From: a virus
DNA: 64,000 bases
Virus record (IMG/VR): IMGVR_UViG_3300031227_000028
Coordinates: 1 to 64,000 of that record
Strand: one strand, 5' to 3'
Shown here: piece after piece, positions 57,724-64,000 of the stretch
Position numbering within the stretch: the first letter of the stretch is position 1
How the letters are laid out: every line of letters begins with the position of its first letter
Notes under the pieces: model-generated
Seen by the model: the letters and a program-made list of their open reading frames with translations, nothing else
Databases searched by the model: none
What the model was told of the DNA's origin: nothing
Translations under genes and position numbers: made by a program

Positions 57724-59109
57724 ATTATTTTTTTTATATTCCCCATTTATAATATTAACTAATTGAACTTGTCCTGTATCCCATAAAAATGCATTAGTAT
57801 TAGTCCATCCACTTGGGTTATTCTTCATATAAAATACTTTTAATGGCAAACTAGTTCCTACTGTATATGTATTTCTTAATATACCAGCATTGTGAACGTG
57901 TCCAGTAATACTTTTACCAAAATCAGTTTCTTTAGTTTTTAATGAACCTCTTCCATATCCAGGACCAGTGTTTCCATGATTAGCTAATTGAATTCCATGT
58001 AATTTATAATCTTGGTCCATTTTTAAAAAATTAACATTTTCAGGTAATCCACCGTGAGTTTTAATACCAATTTCTAATGGATTTTCTCCGTTTGCATAAG
58101 CTGATGCTAATTCAAAAGCTGTTCTAGCATTCATTGGGTCTTTAATAAATCTTCCTTCATCTAAATATCTTTCTAAAAATCCAGGGCTATGATTTGAATA
58201 TATTACATTAACTTCTCTTCCTTCCATAGCATTTGCAAGTAACCAAAGTTCTTTATTACAATCTCTTAATTCTTTATCTAAAGAAAGATTACCTTTATCT
58301 GCTCCTTCTCTTATCATTTGATATATTAATTCTTTTTGCATGTGATGAGAAATACTATGTCCATTAAAAAAATCATGTAAAAATAATCTATCTGGTTTAT
58401 ATTCTTTTATCATATCAAAATTAGCTTTACGTACTTTTTTATCTGTATAACCATTATGATAATCTCCTAATATTAAAGCATCTAAATTAGCTTGTTGTGG
58501 TTGAGAATTTGAGCTAAATTTAATACCTAAGTCAACAAAAGTACCATTGACCATTGAATGAATATTACGATGATGATACTTACTATTGTTAACAATATCT
58601 ACAACCCAAGCACCATATACATGGTCTCTTAGTGCAATATTTCCTAATCTTCTTCTTTCTGCACTGGTATCTTTATGTGTTGCATAATTAGGTTCTGTAA
58701 TTGCTCCTGGTGTAATTAATGCTCTTGGCATTTTAACATTACTATGTGAAATATATTTAAGTCTTTGTTTAGGACTTGCAAATATTTTACTTGTTTCTCT
58801 TTGACTAAATCTAGCTAATCCAACTAATGGGTCTATTTGATATGGTCTAATATTAAATTGATCTATTTCAATATTATCATTAAGTTTTAATTTACCATAT
58901 TCTATATGATAATCTTTTAAAGAATCATCAATGTTTTCTATATTCCAATCTTGTCTTGCACTTTCTCCTATTGTGGGTAAGATAATTAATTCATCGGCGA
59001 ATTCATCTACATAATTTTCTAATGATTTTAAAAAATTTTTATTAGGTTTTGCAAATGCTTGAGCTGTTGTTACTACATAAGTTTTTGTTTCATGCTTAAT
59101 TTTAACCAC
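57709..59109 (-). CDS. Calcineurin-like metallophosphoesterase
   Basis: GDYH, HD, SNH, HG, GHVH. Confidence 0.75.
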   Translation of the reverse strand: MVKIKHETKTYVVTTAQAFAKPNKNFLKSLENYVDEFADELIILPTIGESARQDWNIENIDDSLKDYHIEYGKLKLNDNIEIDQFNIRPYQIDPLVGLARFSQRETSKIFASPKQRLKYISHSNVKMPRALITPGAITEPNYATHKDTSAERRRLGNIALRDHVYGAWVVDIVNNSKYHHRNIHSMVNGTFVDLGIKFSSNSQPQQANLDALILGDYHNGYTDKKVRKANFDMIKEYKPDRLFLHDFFNGHSISHHMQKELIYQMIREGADKGNLSLDKELRDCNKELWLLANAMEGREVNVIYSNHSPGFLERYLDEGRFIKDPMNARTAFELASAYANGENPLEIGIKTHGGLPENVNFLKMDQDYKLHGIQLANHGNTGPGYGRGSLKTKETDFGKSITGHVHNAGILRNTYTVGTSLPLKVFYMKNNPSGWTNTNAFLWDTGQVQLVNIINGEYKKNNLKFL

Positions 59110-59118
59110 TCCTTTATT

Positions 59119-59487
59119 TTATTTAAATTGCCATGTTATTTGTAATTGTAATTCTGCTGTTCCATTAAAAGTTTCTGGATTACTTAAACTATCATAACTC
59201 CATAAATCTCCTGTTCCTAATCCTGATGCAGTTCTTCCACCAAATTCTCTTAATGTTGTACCGCTCATTTGAGATACAGTATAATCATAAGTATATTCAA
59301 TTTCATTTGGTGTTGTAGTTATTACAGAACTATATCCTGATGAAGCTGTACCATTAACTAAACCTGACCTAGTTGAAACAACTGTTCCAGAACCATCACC
59401 TATTTCTGCATAACCAGGATATAATCTACTCCCTGTTGGACTTATACTTAATGCAAGTCCTGATTTCATTATTTCTGTTGATACCAT
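59119..59487 (-). CDS. Putative tail/baseplate structural protein
   Basis: IGDGSG...TLREFG pattern, beta-rich. Confidence 0.5.
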   Translation of the reverse strand: MVSTEIMKSGLALSISPTGSRLYPGYAEIGDGSGTVVSTRSGLVNGTASSGYSSVITTTPNEIEYTYDYTVSQMSGTTLREFGGRTASGLGTGDLWSYDSLSNPETFNGTAELQLQITWQFK

Positions 59488-59494
59488 TTTATTC

Positions 59495-61696
59495 TCATGT
59501 ATTAAAATCTGTTGTTATATAAGCTTGAAATGCTGGAGTACCTATTGGAAATTTAGGTGTTATTTTTAATTTAACATTAAATCCAGCTAATTTATTTCCT
59601 GAACCGTCTTCACCGTTCTCTATTATAGTTCCACAAGATTGTGGAGTATCTAATATAGTTGTATGATAAAATTTATTATTAAAAGGTATACTAGCATCAT
59701 TAGTATTTGATATTGGTATTATTCCATAATCAATACTACCTGCTGGAATATCGTTACTAATATAATTTATTCCTGAATAATTAGTTAAATATGTACTATC
59801 CCAAGTAAGAGCAATATTATCTTCATTAATATGTGCTGAAATTGTTGCCGGTGCAAAACTAGTATAAGCTGATGTATCATAATATGACCCAGTAACTGAA
59901 CCTAACATATATTCATAATATCTATATGTTGCTCCTTCTCTTGTTGATGCTTTTAATCTAGTAATAGCTTCACCTGTTTCTGAATTGTATATTAATCCTG
60001 GAGCACCTACACTAACTGTTGTTAAAATATCTGTTAAAATATCATCTTCTAATTTAGTATAATTATCGTTTTCTAAATCCCATTCTGTAATAATTATATG
60101 TGAAGAATCAGTTGTACTACCGCTACTTCTAAAACCTGCTACAGCACCTATTTTTGGATTTCTAAAATTTATATATTGACTAACTGATGCATAATGGTCA
60201 ACCGAACTTGCAGTTGTTCCAATACCAGTTTGACTATCTGATGTTAAATTTCCATTTACAAATCTTAATATTGTATCTTGCCCTTGGTCAAATACATCAT
60301 CTTCCACAGAAAAACCAATATAATATAATATTTTACTATTATTATAATAAAATTTTCCTAAAGACATAGTATAATCAAGTGAACTCATACTATCTCCTGA
60401 ATAAAGAGTTGGACTAAAAGTATCTCTAGCAGCTACAAGAGTAGTTCCAGCATCTGATATATATAAATCTCCAATTCTACATTCTAATGCTATTGCTCCA
60501 TTATCATCAGTATAACCATGTGTTATAATATTTTGAGATACAAAAGTAGTACCAATCATTGCAGCTTGAGCTGGTAGTATATTAGTTATTGTTGTATAAT
60601 ATTCATCTCTAATATCACCTGATGAAACTGAACCTGGTACAGTTTCTAATTCATCAACTGCATGAGTATGTTCCCATTGAATAACTCCTGAACTATTATA
60701 TTTATAAGTAAAATAATCTCCATACCAAATTAATGAATCTGGGTCACCACTGAGAGAAATAAATGCTGCATGCCATTCTCTAAGTAAATTTGTACTTACA
60801 TAAACATTATAACTACTATCAAACGCTATAGATTGATATGTTCTTAATATACCTCCACTAGGTGTAGCATGTGAACCTCCAAATCTATCGTTAAAACTTG
60901 TTGCTGTAGGAACTGTTCCACTTGGCATAGTATAATCTATAGGTACATTTACAAGTTGTGATTTTAATTGTATATCAATAATAGCTGCTCTATAAGTTCC
61001 TTGACTATCTAAATATAATGTTTTAAGATATCTTCCTTTTGTAACTGGACTTAAAAAATCAGTTTCAGAAGTTGTAAAATCCATAACTAAATATGAACCA
61101 TTATATTTAGTTAATATAGTATCCCATTCAACTTTATTAGGAATATCTTCTGTCCAAGTTATTGTTGGAGATATATTCTCCCAACCGCTTGGTAAAGTTA
61201 CAGTACCAGCTAATATATCATCAACTAAATAATAAGCAAATGAATAATATTTATTTAATATTTCATTTAATTGATTAATAGCATTTGTTAAATCGTTCCA
61301 ATTATCAAGTGTTGGATAATCTGTATCAACACTTAAAGTTGGTAAAGTAAAACTATCAACAGTTGAATCATCAAAAAATTTATATAATACATTTGTTAAT
61401 ACTTCTTGAGCATTTAATAAATCAATTCTTAACGCTGGAACTTTTATTACTAAAGCATCCATATCAGTTTTAATAGCGTTCCATCTAGCAACATTAAGAT
61501 AATCTCCGTCTTGATAATCATAACTAGCTGTTGCAGTATATGAAGTAGACGTTTGAACCCAACCACCTGTACCGGTGTCTAAAGTAGCTATCATAGTAAC
61601 TATAGCGTTATGTATTTTAGTTGAATTCTCCACTGATTCTTGAATTTCACTAATCATTGAAGGAAAACATCTTTCTGATAATATACGTTCTTTCAT
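59495..61696 (-). CDS. Putative tail fibre / receptor-binding protein
   Basis: N-terminal short helical repeats (WN...I), then a Ser/Thr/Tyr-rich beta domain. Confidence 0.5.
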   Translation of the reverse strand: MKERILSERCFPSMISEIQESVENSTKIHNAIVTMIATLDTGTGGWVQTSTSYTATASYDYQDGDYLNVARWNAIKTDMDALVIKVPALRIDLLNAQEVLTNVLYKFFDDSTVDSFTLPTLSVDTDYPTLDNWNDLTNAINQLNEILNKYYSFAYYLVDDILAGTVTLPSGWENISPTITWTEDIPNKVEWDTILTKYNGSYLVMDFTTSETDFLSPVTKGRYLKTLYLDSQGTYRAAIIDIQLKSQLVNVPIDYTMPSGTVPTATSFNDRFGGSHATPSGGILRTYQSIAFDSSYNVYVSTNLLREWHAAFISLSGDPDSLIWYGDYFTYKYNSSGVIQWEHTHAVDELETVPGSVSSGDIRDEYYTTITNILPAQAAMIGTTFVSQNIITHGYTDDNGAIALECRIGDLYISDAGTTLVAARDTFSPTLYSGDSMSSLDYTMSLGKFYYNNSKILYYIGFSVEDDVFDQGQDTILRFVNGNLTSDSQTGIGTTASSVDHYASVSQYINFRNPKIGAVAGFRSSGSTTDSSHIIITEWDLENDNYTKLEDDILTDILTTVSVGAPGLIYNSETGEAITRLKASTREGATYRYYEYMLGSVTGSYYDTSAYTSFAPATISAHINEDNIALTWDSTYLTNYSGINYISNDIPAGSIDYGIIPISNTNDASIPFNNKFYHTTILDTPQSCGTIIENGEDGSGNKLAGFNVKLKITPKFPIGTPAFQAYITTDFNT

Positions 61697-61698
61697 TT

Positions 61699-62022
61699 TT
61701 AAGTTCCTGAATAAGATATTTCTGTTCTAGTTATTTTAGCATTATTACCTATAAATCTATAATAAATTCCACTTGTTGATGCATCTGAAAATTTATTAGA
61801 TACACCTCTATCAAAACTATATATAGCTAAAGTGTTTCCGCTATAAAAATTTGGTATTCTAGGTTGATAACTATTTTCATTATCACCGTTACTTGAAATT
61901 TGATATTGAATATTATTTAAATTTTCTCCATCAATAGTAAACCAAACTGTATTATATGAATCAATAGCATTTTTTGCTATTTGTTTTCCTTTTAATATTT
62001 TAGGTAGTAATGGTATTGGCAT
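61699..62022 (-). CDS. Hypothetical structural protein
   Basis: Packed in the same operon. Confidence 0.5.
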   Translation of the reverse strand: MPIPLLPKILKGKQIAKNAIDSYNTVWFTIDGENLNNIQYQISSNGDNENSYQPRIPNFYSGNTLAIYSFDRGVSNKFSDASTSGIYYRFIGNNAKITRTEISYSGT

Positions 62023-62023
62023 C

Positions 62024-63865
62024 TTAAACTATACGAACCTCTCTAGTTATATTATGAGCTTCTGGACCATATCCTAAGCTTGCAGTAACATTAAATAATC
62101 CTTTTATAGAACCATTTATTTGCCAAAAATATGTTAACCTTGTTGAAAATGGAAATTCAGCTATGTCCCAAGGATTAGCTGTTGGGTCAGATTCTGTAGC
62201 AGGAGAATTAACAAGTATTACATCATCAAAAGTAAAACTATATGTACTATTTGATATTTCCCATAATATATTATAATTATAATAATCATCAAACCCAGTA
62301 TTATTAAACTCTACCCATACAAACCAGTCAGTTGTTTCATTTCCTATTGATGTTGGTAATGGATAATTATTTGAATATACCCATCCTATTGCTGTTGTAT
62401 TAGTGGTATTATATACATTTAATCCTGTTTCTGATACTGTACTACCATTAGCAGTTATATTTAAAAAATGTGTACTATATGTAGTTGAAACATTCATTGG
62501 TTTCCAAGTAAAATCATATAAACCAGTTGTTCCTATTGAAACATTTTCTGTTGTATTAATTAATCCTAAATGTGCTATTGTATTTGTATCTAATTGGTTA
62601 AATTCAAAATCTTTACTAAATACACCATCACTAGTAATATTAACTTGAAAATTCATTGTCTTATATAAAAAATATTCCGCTAATCCTGCTGTGGTATTAG
62701 CCATTATAATATCATTAAGAGTTATTCCTGTTATTTCATCTTCAAATATAATTGAAAAATCTTCTGATTCATTTGCATCTAAATAATCTAACCAACTACA
62801 AATACTAGTATATCCTGGTGATATTGTTAATGTTATATTAGTATCAACATCCATTCTTGATGAACTATCTGAATTACAAGTATTACCCATCCATAAAGAA
62901 TAAGCACTTTCTGATGATAAACTAATATTATCTATTAAAGGTATAGATAAATTATTAGTTCTACTTAATGTAAAAATATATGTAAAATTTTTTAATTTAA
63001 TTGAACTTAAATCAATTAATCCTGTTGAGTCAGTACCTTCTATTATATTACCTGACATATTTTCGTATGAATATGATAAAGTATAATTTGTATGAACATT
63101 ATCTATCCCACTTGTATCATATGTAAATTGATAAGCAGTAATATAAGTTGATGGACTTATTGAATTTGTATATGTTCCTTGTAAAGCTGAACCAACAGCA
63201 AATCCATCAAAATGTAAAGCATTGAAAGTTAATGTATTATCACTACATACAATATCTGTACAAATAGAAGGGTCATTACAATCACCAGTTAAAACATTGG
63301 ATGCTACTATTTCTGAATTATATACTAAATCATTATAAGTTGATTGGAATGTATCAGAATAATATATATTATAATCATCGCAAGATATATTTCGTACAAT
63401 TATGGTTGCTGATTTATTTAAATTATTAGCATAAATATTACTACTATTAACTGCTATAAAATTTTCTCCCGATATTACATCTTCTGTAAAAGTTATATCA
63501 GTAATATCAACTACATTATTCCACTTTGTTTTTATTGATGACGAGTCAATAGTAAAATCAACAACACTTGTTTTTTCTAAATCAGATAAAGCTGAAACAT
63601 TAGTACTATCTCCATAATCATAAAAAGGTGCAGAACAATCTTCTGTCCATTCTTGTGAAACAATCCAATCAGAACAAACACTACTACCAACACAAAGATA
63701 ACCTAAAGGTGGTTCTGGAAAATAAGTAGTATATCCATCTGTTGTACATACTGAAGGACAAAAATTTTTTGTACATCCACTATTACCACCAAGTCCAAAA
63801 ACATTAATACTCAACAAAACCCCAACCAGTAAAAATATAAACATTAATCTTATTTTATTTTTCAT
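62024..63865 (-). CDS. Secreted, sequon-rich surface glycoprotein-like protein
   Basis: Signal peptide MKNKIRLMFIFLLVGVLLSINVFG, Cys-rich N-terminus, about 26 N-x-S/T sequons counted by hand. Confidence 0.75.
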   Translation of the reverse strand: MKNKIRLMFIFLLVGVLLSINVFGLGGNSGCTKNFCPSVCTTDGYTTYFPEPPLGYLCVGSSVCSDWIVSQEWTEDCSAPFYDYGDSTNVSALSDLEKTSVVDFTIDSSSIKTKWNNVVDITDITFTEDVISGENFIAVNSSNIYANNLNKSATIIVRNISCDDYNIYYSDTFQSTYNDLVYNSEIVASNVLTGDCNDPSICTDIVCSDNTLTFNALHFDGFAVGSALQGTYTNSISPSTYITAYQFTYDTSGIDNVHTNYTLSYSYENMSGNIIEGTDSTGLIDLSSIKLKNFTYIFTLSRTNNLSIPLIDNISLSSESAYSLWMGNTCNSDSSSRMDVDTNITLTISPGYTSICSWLDYLDANESEDFSIIFEDEITGITLNDIIMANTTAGLAEYFLYKTMNFQVNITSDGVFSKDFEFNQLDTNTIAHLGLINTTENVSIGTTGLYDFTWKPMNVSTTYSTHFLNITANGSTVSETGLNVYNTTNTTAIGWVYSNNYPLPTSIGNETTDWFVWVEFNNTGFDDYYNYNILWEISNSTYSFTFDDVILVNSPATESDPTANPWDIAEFPFSTRLTYFWQINGSIKGLFNVTASLGYGPEAHNITREVRIV

Positions 63866-63999
63866 TCTAACCCAATCTCCCCATCAATGTATGTAACATT
63901 AACAGCTGTTCCTGCACCATCATCATTAGTTGTAATATAATGAGCAGATATATTTGTTGATATTGTTGTATTAATATAATAGTTTGAAGTTATATTCCA
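63862..63999 (-). CDS. 3' end of another sequon-rich protein (partial)
   Basis: ...WNITSNYYINTTISTNISAH...VNVTYIDGEIGLE stop, overlapping the next ATG. Confidence 0.55.
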   Translation of the reverse strand, partial: WNITSNYYINTTISTNISAHYITTNDDGAGTAVNVTYIDGEIGLE

Positions 64000-64000
64000 T

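Noticed and set aside
1-64000. Alternative genetic code or stop-codon recoding
   Set aside because: Core genes are intact in the standard code, all three stops are used, and no clear suppressor tRNA is present
1-64000. Major capsid protein and integrase
   Set aside because: No recognisable candidates; the capsid gene probably lies outside the window, since both ends fall in structural genes

Overview
This is a 64 kb, very AT-rich (roughly 25% GC by eye) segment of a head-tail dsDNA virus (Caudoviricetes) that almost certainly infects an archaeon. The evidence is an MCM helicase, PCNA/RFC, PolB, TATA-box promoters, two tRNAs with canonical bulge-helix-bulge introns, and a C1:G72 short-arm tRNA-Tyr. 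A DPANN host (Woese/Pacearchaeota-like) is plausible but inferred. Layout: 1-7.1 kb (-) holds structural and packaging genes (signal-peptide protein, portal-MuF fusion, TerL). 7-21 kb (-) holds a candidate lysis pair, aberrant tRNA-like and structured RNAs, and many small ORFs behind a repeated promoter cassette. About 21.0-21.7 kb is a strand switch with an exactly symmetric inverted-repeat locus (candidate origin). 21.7-57.7 kb (+) holds the replication module, a 22-tRNA array covering all 20 amino acids, a class II CCA enzyme and glycosyltransferases. 57.7-64 kb (-) holds a phosphoesterase plus tail and surface-type proteins. The most striking element lies inside the replisome cluster, between the clamp loader and PolB: a YhhQ-type 7-deazaguanine precursor transporter, two tandem TGT/DpdA-family transglycosylases and a GNAT acetyltransferase. 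Both TGTs and the GNAT carry C-terminal PCNA-interacting (PIP-box-like) motifs, as do PolB and the small clamp-loader subunit. This suggests a clamp-tethered, replication-coupled, salvage-fed DNA base-modification system. All calls come from motif reading by eye; no database searches were run.
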